A stretch of DNA of 64,000 bases from a virus: IMG/VR virus record IMGVR_UViG_3300029374_000001, positions 160,001-224,000 of that record; one strand, 5' to 3'. Of the stretch, positions 1-9,651 are shown piece by piece. Each line of letters begins with the position of its first letter. Positions within the stretch are counted from its first letter, which is position 1. A program made the translations under genes and the position numbers. The notes under the pieces are model-generated. The model ran no database searches and was not told the origin of the DNA. It saw nothing but the letters and a program-made list of their open reading frames with translations.

Positions 1-434
1 TCTTCTTGGAGATTACACAAGAATTCTTTTCTGTCTATTCTTTGCAGAAACATTTTGTCATCGATCAGATGTCTCATTAAGAATACTCTGTCTATCGGAT
101 CTATATTATAGAATCTAGGATCATATTCTACATAGTCTTTGATTACTTCTGCACTATAGAATTGATGTCTCATATCCTCATAGCGTTCTTTATTCTTCTT
201 ACCAAAGATACGTATGGATATATCATCAGAATCTTCTTGTTGAGAATAAGGCATTTTTAAGAAGCGATTATAATCCATCTCCAAATCATTCGGTCTTTTA
301 TAGGAAGAATATAAGAGAGTGATATTAGAGCTTAGCCTCCAGTCTTTGACTTGTTTATCTTGTTCAGACAGATCAGCATTGCTATTTCTTATTTTAAAGG
401 CTTCATTAAATGGATCGTTGTTTGTTGAATTCAT
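1..434 (-). CDS. hypothetical protein, 3' part (partial, extends beyond window start)
   Basis: Open frame on minus strand from ATG at 432-434 running off the window start; no stop in window; codon usage like neighbours. Confidence 0.4.
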   Translation of the reverse strand, partial: MNSTNNDPFNEAFKIRNSNADLSEQDKQVKDWRLSSNITLLYSSYKRPNDLEMDYNRFLKMPYSQQEDSDDISIRIFGKKNKERYEDMRHQFYSAEVIKDYVEYDPRFYNIDPIDRVFLMRHLIDDKMFLQRIDRKEFLCNLQE

Positions 435-451
435 CTATTGATCACCTCTGA

Positions 452-1120
452 TTATTCTTCCAAATCATCATAGATTTCAATATCTTCTACATTTTCGAAG
501 AATCTGGATCTACGAAGAGATTTTTTATTCATAGCAAAGTATCCCATTGATTGGTCTTCCATAATAACGATATCAGAAGAATGACCTTCTAATAAATCAG
601 AAGCTTCCTGATTAGAGATTTGGGTATATCGATTTGCCAATTCCGGATTAACCAGATAGATAAACTTATTTAATACAGTATAAGCATCATTTTCTATCAT
701 GGCTCTCATCTCATTGAAGTTAACTTCTTGAAAATCTTCGTCAAATTCGATTTGATTATCTTCCAAGAGATACTTACCAGAGATGGTTTCATATATAAAT
801 TCTCTTGGTACTTCTGTATCTACAGAGTTTAAAATAGTCATCAATCTCTTATTGGGATCTTTACCCATATACTTAAACATACGAACATTTTTATCTTTGA
901 GATAATCAGAAGATATTTTTCGCAATACACCATCATTATCTGTAGTGATAATATTGTCCGTGATCATATCATCTTGTACACAATACTGAGGTCTAAGCAT
1001 AGTAGGAGACTGTAATTTAGAAACAAAGATAACATTGGTTGTTCCTATAGGACCTCCTATTCCAGCTAACCCCATAGTTTCGTTTATTTTACTCATTTTC
1101 TTCTCACCTACTTTACCCAT
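452..1120 (-). CDS. hypothetical protein (222 aa)
   Basis: Six-frame ORF; overlaps downstream gene start by 13 nt (translational coupling). Confidence 0.5.
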   Translation of the reverse strand: MGKVGEKKMSKINETMGLAGIGGPIGTTNVIFVSKLQSPTMLRPQYCVQDDMITDNIITTDNDGVLRKISSDYLKDKNVRMFKYMGKDPNKRLMTILNSVDTEVPREFIYETISGKYLLEDNQIEFDEDFQEVNFNEMRAMIENDAYTVLNKFIYLVNPELANRYTQISNQEASDLLEGHSSDIVIMEDQSMGYFAMNKKSLRRSRFFENVEDIEIYDDLEE

Positions 1121-2382
1121 CCATCAAACTTAATTTCATTTTTCTTAAGTTTACATTTTTCATGTACAATCTTATTCAAATTAGTAATTATAGCACTATA
1201 AGAGAGCTTATCTTTTACGTTGATCGTATACTTACCATCTTTAATAATAAATCTTTTAGCTTTTAGGAAATAGAATTGCTCCGATTTGTATTCATTCCAC
1301 CAATCTGGATCTATATGTAGAGTATCTTTTACATATAATGGAGTAGCTCCATGAGTACAGAGATATAAAGCATAATACAGTGCTTTCTTCTTATCATCGA
1401 AGCATTCTATTTGTTCTATCTTTCTCATAGGAATATCAAATACTCCATTATGATAGGGATATATAAAATAGACTTCATCGACTTGGTTATAATCATACCA
1501 CTGATCGTCATCTATTTCTGCTTTCAGATTAGGAATAAATCCAGATACTACTTTATCTGTACCTAAGATATTTCGAATAGATTCATGATGTATATCCGTA
1601 CTTTCATTAATTTTGATAATTGCTTTTCTATTATCATTAGAATCATCTAACAATTGCATTTTATATTCATACATGAATTCTAAGAGTTGATCGAATTGAT
1701 TATTGGTCAAACGAATATAGTTATATTCTCCCATATTCGTAATCATTTTTTCTTTAGCTACTTGTTTAGCTCTATATTCTGGCATACGAGTTTTATTGGG
1801 ATTATTTCCACCATCTTTAATATCTCCTACTAAATTAAATGGAAGTAATAAGAAGTCTAATATCCAGAAATGTTTTTCGCCTTTATATTCATATTCCAAT
1901 GTAGGTCCAGGCATCATAATATCATCCGGATCCATATGAAATACTTTATCTAAGAACTCTAAGAATTTCTTTTCATATGAGCCTGTATATTCTTTAATCT
2001 TACCATTATCAAATCTATATATACCAGAAATACCTCGATTGGCTAACATCTTTTTCTGATGTTCTGGATCATCCAATATGGTTGTCTTACCATAGACCTT
2101 CATCATATTGTGTTTATACATGCTACGCAGTTTGTCTCTACATTCTGATCTTCCACAGAGTCTTTTATATTTCTGAATATTTTCATCCCATTCGGTTCTG
2201 CGTTTACATACTACACAAGTACCATGATTCTTATGATGAATAAAATCAAATAATACTCTGGCTGCACTATAGTTTTCTGGAATCATATCTTCATGTTTAT
2301 GATCAATATGATCAATTATTTTATCTTTGGTTTCTCTATAGGTACAAAAAGGGCATTTTATTTTTCTATCAGAAGCCATCAT
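1108..2382 (-). CDS. hypothetical protein with N-terminal Cys/His zinc-ribbon-like motifs (CPFC...H..H, CVVC..C..C)
   Basis: 424 aa ORF; Cys/His clusters in first 90 aa. Confidence 0.5.
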   Translation of the reverse strand: MMASDRKIKCPFCTYRETKDKIIDHIDHKHEDMIPENYSAARVLFDFIHHKNHGTCVVCKRRTEWDENIQKYKRLCGRSECRDKLRSMYKHNMMKVYGKTTILDDPEHQKKMLANRGISGIYRFDNGKIKEYTGSYEKKFLEFLDKVFHMDPDDIMMPGPTLEYEYKGEKHFWILDFLLLPFNLVGDIKDGGNNPNKTRMPEYRAKQVAKEKMITNMGEYNYIRLTNNQFDQLLEFMYEYKMQLLDDSNDNRKAIIKINESTDIHHESIRNILGTDKVVSGFIPNLKAEIDDDQWYDYNQVDEVYFIYPYHNGVFDIPMRKIEQIECFDDKKKALYYALYLCTHGATPLYVKDTLHIDPDWWNEYKSEQFYFLKAKRFIIKDGKYTINVKDKLSYSAIITNLNKIVHEKCKLKKNEIKFDGWVK

Positions 2383-2526
2383 TGTCCTCCTTTATAATCG
2401 TCTTTTCAGTTTAATTAGATGTTTTCGAGCTACTATAATAAAAAATAAACCATCTATAAACATAGAGATAAATATAGACTCCGTGGAGCGGCAGAGTCTA
2501 TATTTATGAGACTATGTTAAGAAATA

Positions 2527-2757
2527 TTATTGATTCTTCAATAAGATATCTTGTGCATTTATGATATTTCTCATAAATACATTCTTGAGACTAAGTAACG
2601 ATTCTTTATTTTCATCAGTCTCTTCAATTTGGCTTAGGCGGTCTAAACCAATCTTCAGATCAGATGAGAACCATTTAGCATAATCTACAGAATAAATATC
2701 TTGTGTCATTATGCCGCTCCTCCTTTCTTGTATATCTAAATCCATGATATACTCCAA
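2527..2757 (-). CDS. hypothetical small protein (76 aa)
   Basis: ORF downstream of conserved promoter motif at 2805-2842. Confidence 0.4.
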   Translation of the reverse strand: MEYIMDLDIQERRSGIMTQDIYSVDYAKWFSSDLKIGLDRLSQIEETDENKESLLSLKNVFMRNIINAQDILLKNQ

Positions 2758-2804
2758 AAATAAATATACAGAATTTGAGAGAGACTAATATTAGTCTCTC
2801 TCAT

Positions 2805-2842
2805 CTATATAATATATCATTTCAGAAGATTTAGATTACAAG
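2805..2842 (-). promoter_or_regulatory. conserved sigma-A-like phage promoter (TTGTAATCTA-N-TATATTATATAG)
   Basis: Motif ctatataatatat...tagattacaag shared with at least 6 other intergenic regions; faces gene 2527..2757. Confidence 0.5.
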
Positions 2843-2894
2843 AACTCATTTTTAATTATATTCAATGCCTTCAACACCATAGTAAGCATTTTTA

Positions 2895-3344
2895 ATGTTT
2901 TTAGGGGATATGAAAGCTGGTGATAAAGTGAATGTAAATTTGAATACAGTTGCATCTCAAATCAATAATAGATATTCAGAATATAATCTCTCATTGGATG
3001 AATTCAACAGACCACAAGTAGATACCGGAGTTAAAGCAGTTATAGATAAGATTATTATGCTGATCATGATGAAACCTGGTACATATCCGACCAGACCTAA
3101 TATGGGTGTAGGTCTTGTTGAGAACTACAGATATACATTTATGGACGATCTGGGAAGACTGAAAGATGAAGTCAATACCCAGAAGAATATATATCTGCCA
3201 GAATTTCGTTCTGTTGATGTAGAGTTTGATACAGTGGACGAATTACAAAAGAATCTGTATATCTATATTACGATAAGAAAACGGATGTATGTATTACTAT
3301 TGGATACTGAAACCAAAACTTTATCATGGTTACAGAATACCTAA
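2895..3344 (+). CDS. baseplate wedge protein, gp25/GPW-like
   Basis: Motif VIDKIIMLIMMKPGTYPTRPNMGVGLVENYRYTF resembles the gp25/GPW family core (I..IL.T..GER...P.FG..L). Confidence 0.5.
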   Translation: MFLGDMKAGDKVNVNLNTVASQINNRYSEYNLSLDEFNRPQVDTGVKAVIDKIIMLIMMKPGTYPTRPNMGVGLVENYRYTFMDDLGRLKDEVNTQKNIYLPEFRSVDVEFDTVDELQKNLYIYITIRKRMYVLLLDTETKTLSWLQNT

Positions 3345-3366
3345 ATTTTAAGGAGGAATATTTACG

Positions 3367-5136
3367 ATGCAGGAAAAAACAATTTCTTTAGATGATTTGA
3401 TTAAGAATCCGCAGACAACTGCTGAGGAAATCAAAGAAGAACCTGTAAAAGTAGAAGAGGTTAAACCGGAGACTGTTGTAGAAACAGACCCTGCTACTGA
3501 AGTACAGATAACTAAAGAAGAAGGGAAACCTATTATCTTAACACCTAAGATGGTAGGAACAAAAGCGTCTGCTGAAATGAAAACGGTTCATGCAGGAGAT
3601 ATCAAACCGTTTACAGAAGAAGTATCTGCTGCTAAGAAGTTTGAAGAAGAGATGTATGATAGAATTGATGAGAATATCGAACGTACCAAGAAAGAAATGA
3701 TGCACGATAGAATTCAGCCATATATTGATAAATGTAAAGAATTGGCAGAACAAGCAGAATTTAATGGACAAATTGAAGCCAGAAGTATGAATGATATGAT
3801 TAATCCTAATGCGACCACTAAACAAGCAGAATCTGAACTTGGAGAAGGAGATATTACCAATATTCGTCCAGAAGCTAAGTCGGTAGAATCTGATAAGAAG
3901 ATTGAAGAAAAAGTGTCAGATTCTTTAGATGCTATTAAAGAATTGGATGTAAATGAAGATGATTTTTCTTCTATAGAAGATGCAGATATTAATGCGGATG
4001 AAGATTTAGAAAAAGAAGTAAAAACAGATGAAGATAAAAAGGAAGAAGAAAAGATTACTTTCGATAAGTTTAAATCTTTCCAGAAAGTAGTTAAGAAGAC
4101 AATTGATCCTACGGAATCTATTGATTTGACTGGATTTACTATGTCTGGGACTCCTTTGAATATCAATACGGCTATTGGATATGTAGCTAAGACAGATAAA
4201 TCTTTTACAGAATCTCAGTCTGTTCCTCTTTTTAATACAGGACGTCTGATTCATTTCACCCCATTGACCGGTTCTGATATTGTTAAACTTTCTTCTGAAA
4301 GTTATAATTCTCAATTAGATCATCTGAAGAAAGTATTTGCTACAATGTATGCTCATGATGTAACTCCAAATAAACCAGCATCGTTTACTGCATGGATGAA
4401 ATCTATCGATGCAGGAGATTTAGATCAATTGTACTTTGGGTTATATAAGGCAACATTTAGTGGATCTAACTATATTGGCTATCAGAAACCTGAATCAAAA
4501 GAGTTTATGATGGTTAAATGCAATATGGAAGACATGTATGAGTTTGATGAATCTGCTAAAGACGAAGATAAGAAACGTTTTGAAGATATCATTAAACATG
4601 GAGAAGTAGAAGATAACTTTGCTTCTAGAAAAGAAGATTATATTTTATCTGATAACTATGCTATTACTCTTCGTCCAAGATCCCTCTATAACTTAATTGA
4701 ATTAGAATACTTGGATGATGAATTTAGACAGAAGTATGAATCCGTTTATATTATCTCCAGTTACATTGATCGGGCATTCTTTATTGATAAGAAACGTAAA
4801 TTACTTCGTCCGATTGATTTCAAAGCAGATAAGAATTCTGTAGTTAAATCAATTAAGAATAAGTGTCTGGTTATATATAAGATGATTTCTTCTATTACTC
4901 CAGATAACTATTCTATGTTTAACGGTAAACTCTCTTACTTTACTTATAGAGAAGTGGCAGCAAACAATTTGATCAAGTATCATATTCCTGCACAAGAATT
5001 TGAAGATGAATATATTGAAGGGCCGCAGAAGGGGACTAAGTTTATGAATCATATTGATGCAGAAGCAATGTCTCCCTATCAGTTGCTTTTTACACGTCAT
5101 CAATTGGCAATGCAGAGCACCTGGCGAATCGACTAA
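3367..5136 (+). CDS. virion/baseplate-associated hypothetical protein with acidic E/K-rich N-terminal low-complexity region (589 aa)
   Basis: Strong RBS aaggagg; follows gp25-like gene in same operon. Confidence 0.5.
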   Translation: MQEKTISLDDLIKNPQTTAEEIKEEPVKVEEVKPETVVETDPATEVQITKEEGKPIILTPKMVGTKASAEMKTVHAGDIKPFTEEVSAAKKFEEEMYDRIDENIERTKKEMMHDRIQPYIDKCKELAEQAEFNGQIEARSMNDMINPNATTKQAESELGEGDITNIRPEAKSVESDKKIEEKVSDSLDAIKELDVNEDDFSSIEDADINADEDLEKEVKTDEDKKEEEKITFDKFKSFQKVVKKTIDPTESIDLTGFTMSGTPLNINTAIGYVAKTDKSFTESQSVPLFNTGRLIHFTPLTGSDIVKLSSESYNSQLDHLKKVFATMYAHDVTPNKPASFTAWMKSIDAGDLDQLYFGLYKATFSGSNYIGYQKPESKEFMMVKCNMEDMYEFDESAKDEDKKRFEDIIKHGEVEDNFASRKEDYILSDNYAITLRPRSLYNLIELEYLDDEFRQKYESVYIISSYIDRAFFIDKKRKLLRPIDFKADKNSVVKSIKNKCLVIYKMISSITPDNYSMFNGKLSYFTYREVAANNLIKYHIPAQEFEDEYIEGPQKGTKFMNHIDAEAMSPYQLLFTRHQLAMQSTWRID

Positions 5137-5195
5137 TTCATCTGCAGTCGGCTTTTAGAAGAGGATTTGACATTATCTCTGCTAAAGACCAGCCA

Positions 5196-5507
5196 ATGGG
5201 ATTTATCCATGCTCTGTACTATTATCAAGTACAGAAATCCATAGATGATGCTAAGAAAGAAAAAGAGAAGAAACAAGAAGAAGAACGATCTAAACGTCCT
5301 ATCACAAATTATAAGATAGGAAATCAGAATAGATCTGATGTAGATATGAAGTATGGACATATCTCAGATCATTCTCCCTCTTCTATAATAGAACAAAGAA
5401 GAATGAGAGAAGAATCTAGACGGAATCAGAATTCTTCGAGTACAACCTCCTCAAATGTCAGTGATGTAGATATGGAAGAAGCTTTTGAAGATGTAATGGG
5501 AGGGTAA
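5196..5507 (+). CDS. hypothetical protein (103 aa), S/R-rich C-terminus
   Basis: ORF in operon. Confidence 0.3.
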   Translation: MGFIHALYYYQVQKSIDDAKKEKEKKQEEERSKRPITNYKIGNQNRSDVDMKYGHISDHSPSSIIEQRRMREESRRNQNSSSTTSSNVSDVDMEEAFEDVMGG

Positions 5508-5509
5508 TT

Positions 5510-5824
5510 ATGACATTACCACAATTTGCCAAGATGTTAGACATTTCTGGCAAACCAGAAAACATTGGTAATCACTTTGAATCCTGTGTTGCTGTATATA
5601 GAATACTCAATCAGTATTTCAGTCAGGATGAAATTGAGATTGCTATTGAATCTATGGAAGCTTCCAAAGAGATATTTAAAATTAAGATTATTCCAGTTAA
5701 AAATATAGAAGACTTATTGAAGCTGTATGAGAATATACAATTAGAACTATTCTCCACCCAGGTTCATATATCTTCTAAGATTACAAAAAAGAAAGAGCTT
5801 ATTATTAAAACAATTAAAAAATAA
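5510..5824 (+). CDS. hypothetical protein (104 aa)
   Basis: ORF starting 2 nt after previous stop; followed by terminator. Confidence 0.35.
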   Translation: MTLPQFAKMLDISGKPENIGNHFESCVAVYRILNQYFSQDEIEIAIESMEASKEIFKIKIIPVKNIEDLLKLYENIQLELFSTQVHISSKITKKKELIIKTIKK

Positions 5825-5856
5825 AAGAGACTCATACGAGTCTCTTTTATTTTCTT
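5823..5856 (+). terminator. rho-independent terminator (agagactcatacgagtctct + T-tract)
   Basis: Perfect GC-clamped hairpin followed by tttattttcttt. Confidence 0.7.
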
Positions 5857-5869
5857 TGACCGATATGGA

Positions 5870-6247
5870 TTATGAATTCATTGCTTTCAAATCCATCTTC
5901 AATCTCGTATTCTCGAGGTCGAGTTCGCCGAGCTTTTCGTTAAGTTCGGTATTTTCCTTATCGAGCTTTTCAACATCTCTATCAAGTCCCTCGATATCGT
6001 CTCGAAGTAAACGATTTTTCTCTCTGAGCTGGTTGATCTCATTGGCCATCTTTCTACTTTGGTCATTCCGCACTTCCTGGTCGTTAATCATTTCACGGAA
6101 TGTGGTAACAATGTTCATTACATCCTTACCATTTTGAACCATTTCTTCGACAGTCATTTCGACGTTAACTTCATCTAATTTGAAGTCAAGATTAACGCCC
6201 TCGATATTCTTGCCGTTGATTGTAAAACCTTTTAATGTGAATTTCAT
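5870..6247 (-). CDS. hypothetical coiled-coil protein (125 aa)
   Basis: RBS aaaggaggactacacatcATG; heptad-like E/K/L-rich C-terminal half. Confidence 0.5.
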   Translation of the reverse strand: MKFTLKGFTINGKNIEGVNLDFKLDEVNVEMTVEEMVQNGKDVMNIVTTFREMINDQEVRNDQSRKMANEINQLREKNRLLRDDIEGLDRDVEKLDKENTELNEKLGELDLENTRLKMDLKAMNS

Positions 6248-6349
6248 GATGTGTAGTCCTCCTTTTGTTTGACCAAATTTTTCCAGGTATCATAGAAAAT
6301 TTGATAACTGGCGATATGCATTTCATGATTATACATATCCTTTTCTCAC

Positions 6350-6387
6350 CTATATATTATATAATTTAGAAAAAGTTAGATTACAAA
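6350..6387 (-). promoter_or_regulatory. conserved sigma-A-like phage promoter
   Basis: ctatatattatataa-N12-tagattacaaa; faces gene 5870..6247. Confidence 0.5.
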
Positions 6388-6452
6388 ATTGGATTTTTGA
6401 TGAATTCTACATTTAGGTAATGTAAGGTTAGTATATAAAGGAGGTCTTATCG

Positions 6453-7968
6453 TTGGCTGAACAAAAAGATTTTTTGTCTATTAAGCCGTTGGATATAGAT
6501 AAATTTATTAAAGTAAATGAGCTCAAACAGATTACAAATCCGATCTTTTTTGTTTCTAATAATTCCCCCACTCCGGATGGGTTATTATCAAACGAAATCT
6601 TTGGGATTACGATGCAAGATCGGGCTAATACATTTGCTTATATCAATTTGGGTGGGCCTCATTTTATCCATCCATTGTTCTATTCTATATGGCAGAAGAT
6701 AGATCGTAACTTACCTCAGTGTGTACATGGTACTACATACTTCAAATTAACAAAAGAAGGATATTTAGAACCATCTTCAGAAGAAGATGGTGGAGAAACC
6801 GGATTAAAATTCTTATATAAGAATAGAAACAATATTCATTTCAGACCGGGATCTAATTCTATAGATCGAAAGAACAATATTAAGTTCTTAGAACGTTTTA
6901 GAGAATTTATGTTTATTCAGAATTATCCAGTTATACCAGCATACTACAGAGATGTATCTACACAGGATAGACATGTAGGAGTTGGAGATATCAATATGCT
7001 GTATGCTTCTCTATTACGTACAGCTAATTCTTTAAAAGAATATGACGAATATGGATTAACATTGTATGATTCTGTTATAGGACGTATTCAAGATATTTTA
7101 CTAAATATTTATGAATATTTTACTAAAGGTAATATCAATGGTGTTTCTACTGGATCTGGTATGGCAGGTAAATTTGGTGTTATACGTTCTGCCGTACAAT
7201 CTAAGACAGCAGATTATTCTTCTAGATTGGTTATTACAGCTCCAAATCTAAAAGTAGAAAATAGAGACGATATGTTGACAGATCTAGATCATGCATCTGT
7301 TCCATTAGCATCTGTTATTGTCAATTATTATCCATATATTTTAACATATGTAAGAAACTTTTTCTCTAATGAATATACATCGCAACCCGTTAGAGATTAT
7401 ATTATTAGAGATAAAAATGGTAAGCCAATTAAGACTGTAAAGGTTAAATTAAAAGATTTCAGAATATCTTTTTCTGATGATATTCTAAGAGAAGAATTAG
7501 ATCGTTTTGTACATGGTGTAGCAGATCGATTTAGACCTATTAGAATGCCCACGGAAGATAGAAAATATCCAGATGTTGGTATATGGTTTAGAGGCAATCT
7601 AATACCACCAGAAAAGATTAGAGATGAAACAGGATTCTTAACTCCTGATGAGAAGATGCCTATTTTAGAACGTCCTATGACGTGGTGTGATTTATTATAT
7701 TTAGCAGCAATGGAAGTTATTCAAGATAAGATGATATTGATTACCAGATATCCAATAGATAGCTGTTATAATCAATTTCCGTGTGGTATCAATGTAAGTT
7801 CGACTGTTAAAACAGAACCTATGTTAGTTAACGGTAAATTATATAAACATTACCCATATATTCGTAAAGAACTTATTGGAACGAATACAACAGACAAATT
7901 TATAGATACTCTAAATATGAGCAACCTCTATTTGTCCTCCGTGGGAGGAGACTATAGATCCGATCCTT
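6453..7968 (+). CDS. multisubunit RNA polymerase beta-prime subunit, N-terminal fragment, exon 1 (annotated ORF reads through into intron to 7985)
   Basis: Matches bacterial beta-prime landmarks: DGLLSNEIFG (cf DGLFCARIFGP), AYINLGGPHFIHPLF (cf GHIELASPTAHIWF), VIPAYYRDV...GDINMLYASLLRTANSLK (cf VLPPDLRP...SDLNDLYRRVINRNNRLK), KTADYSSRLVITAPNL (cf KRVDYSGRSVITVGP). TTG start with RBS aaaggaggt. Confidence 0.7.
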
Positions 7969-8321
7969 GCAAACTTAACATTTAAATATATGTTAGTATA
8001 TTTAAGCATGTTACATCCATTGTAGTCTTCTTTAACAAAAACCTGTTGAACTGCGGGAAAACGCATAAGAATATATAAACCAAGTTATGGTAGTAATACA
8101 CATAATGGCACTCAGTAATGATGAGTGGTATGGTAAAATCTATATATTTGCACAATCCGCAACCAAGCATCCTATGCTTAGTAGGATGAAGGCTCACAGA
8201 CTATCGAAAAGCAATATTAAATAATATTGAACCGAGTAGAGTAGGGAAACCGAAGTGGCAGGATATACTTTTAAGTATATATGATATAGTCGAAAGTTTG
8301 TAATTATTATTACAAAATATG
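7969..8321 (+). ncRNA. group I self-splicing intron (ORF-less) inside RNAP beta-prime catalytic motif
   Basis: Conserved group I core elements readable: P ctgcgggaaaacgc (~8049), Q caatccgcaacc (~8153), R cacagactatcg (~8196), S gatatagtcgaa (~8283). R/S can form P7 (gacta/tagtc). In-frame stop immediately inside. Putative omega-G at 8321. Joining exon 1 and exon 2 gives YRSDP|DGDQVTV, aligning to YNADFDGDQMAV. Exact 5' splice site uncertain (7966-7985). Confidence 0.7.
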
Positions 8322-8528
8322 GATGGAGACCAAGTTACCGTTAAACCTGTATATTCTATTGAAGCCAATGCTGAACTTAGAGAACAATTAAATTCTAAGA
8401 GACATTATATCACGTTAGCTGGTATGAATATTGCTCAGACTACTAATGAGGGTGTTATGGCTCTATATAGTTTAACTATGAATGGTACTGAACTGGGACA
8501 AATTAAATTTAATGATCCTGAATTTTAA
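8322..8528 (+). CDS. RNAP beta-prime N-terminal fragment, exon 2 (DGDQVTV...)
   Basis: Frame continues the catalytic DxDGD motif after intron; no credible RBS of its own. Confidence 0.6.
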   Translation, partial: DGDQVTVKPVYSIEANAELREQLNSKRHYITLAGMNIAQTTNEGVMALYSLTMNGTELGQIKFNDPEF

Positions 8529-8539
8529 TTAGATTATAT

Positions 8540-8573
8540 ATTATATATCCGAGTACTATATAGTACTCGGATA
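8540..8573. promoter_or_regulatory. 34-nt perfect palindrome atatatccgagtactatatagtactcggatatat (terminator/operator)
   Basis: Perfect inverted repeat between beta-prime exon 2 and HEG gene. Confidence 0.5.
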
Positions 8574-8599
8574 TATAATAGTAAGAAAGAAGGATTGTT

Positions 8600-9487
8600 A
8601 TGTATACTAGGTCAGAAACACTAATAGGAAAAACAATTGGAAAATATAAAATATTAGGTATTATTGGAAAATCAAAAAATGGCCAAACTTTGTTTAGTAC
8701 ACAATGCTTAAAATGTGGATATGTAGATACGACTAATGGTATGACGGCTGCAAGTTTGCGCGCATTATCTTTGAAAAAGACATCTAAATGTCAGCATATT
8801 CATGTTCCAGATGAATATTATATTGGTAAAGTTATAGGAAAATATAAAATTATTGAAGTGATTAAAGATCATTCAAGACCTAATCGTAAACTATATGTAA
8901 CTCAATGTCTTAAATGCGGATACATTGAGAAAAAAGGTATGACCTTATCGACTATTAATAAAGCAATAAATACTCAAAAATGCGAGCATGTGTACTGGAA
9001 ATCTCAAAGATTACGTCATATATTCAAAGGTATAAAACGTAGATGCTATAAAGAAGGCAGACGAGATAATAAATGGTATTATGATAAAGGAATTAGAGTG
9101 TGCGATGAATGGTTAAAAGAACCATGGAAATTTCAAGACTGGGCATTTTCTCATGGATATGAAGATGATTTATCCATAGATAGAATAGATCCTGATAAAG
9201 ATTATTCCCCAGAAAATTGTAGATGGATTACCATGAGTGATAATAATAGATTCAAATCTAGTGCTCATATTATTGAAATAGATGGTATTAAAAATACCAT
9301 ATTAGGTTGGGGTCTATGCATCGGGTATACTCATTCTACTTTATATGAAAAAATGAGAAATTATATAATTAATCATCCAGGTTCTACAATCAAAGATGGA
9401 GAAGATTATGTTAAAGAATTCATTTGTTCTAAGCTTAAGAAGCGTCCTTTAATAGAAGCAGTTATGTTTAAAAATAGATATCGTTAA
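8600..9487 (+). CDS. free-standing HNH-family homing endonuclease with duplicated N-terminal Cys-containing modules
   Basis: C-terminal LSIDRIDPDKDYSPENCRWITMSDNNRFK matches phage HNH (HNH_3-type) signature; two ~60-aa repeats IGK(T/V)IGKYKI...TQCLKCGY; RBS gaaagaaggattgttATG. Confidence 0.6.
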   Translation: MYTRSETLIGKTIGKYKILGIIGKSKNGQTLFSTQCLKCGYVDTTNGMTAASLRALSLKKTSKCQHIHVPDEYYIGKVIGKYKIIEVIKDHSRPNRKLYVTQCLKCGYIEKKGMTLSTINKAINTQKCEHVYWKSQRLRHIFKGIKRRCYKEGRRDNKWYYDKGIRVCDEWLKEPWKFQDWAFSHGYEDDLSIDRIDPDKDYSPENCRWITMSDNNRFKSSAHIIEIDGIKNTILGWGLCIGYTHSTLYEKMRNYIINHPGSTIKDGEDYVKEFICSKLKKRPLIEAVMFKNRYR

Positions 9488-9499
9488 TACTCATAAAAA

Positions 9500-9527
9500 T
9501 ACTCAGAGCACATATGTGCTCTGAGTA
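9500..9527 (+). terminator. hairpin terminator tactcagagcacatatgtgctctgagta
   Basis: 28-nt perfect palindrome after HEG stop, followed by T-rich tract. Confidence 0.6.
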
Positions 9528-9528
9528 C

Positions 9529-9566
9529 TATGTAATCTATATTTTTTTGAATTATATATTATATAC
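9529..9566 (+). promoter_or_regulatory. conserved sigma-A-like phage promoter upstream of Transposase_20-domain gene
   Basis: tatgtaatcta-N12-ttatatattatatac, same consensus as other 6 copies. Confidence 0.5.
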
Positions 9567-9651
9567 ATGAAAGAGCTTACTATTTTAATAGCTCTATTAG
9601 TAGTTACATTTCGTTTAAAGTTAAGTCGAAAACAAAAGGAGGACTACAAAA

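Noticed and set aside
3538-4314. Three overlapping minus-strand ORFs (95, 150, 102 aa)
   Set aside because: All antisense to the acidic, repeat-rich N-terminal region of gene 3367..5136. S/F/L-rich low complexity, no RBS.
7969-7985. C-terminal ...CKLNI* of ORF 6453..7985 as the genuine end of the protein
   Set aside because: The ORF stops immediately before the universal beta-prime DFDGD motif, which reappears in-frame after a group I intron core; the tail is read-through into the intron.
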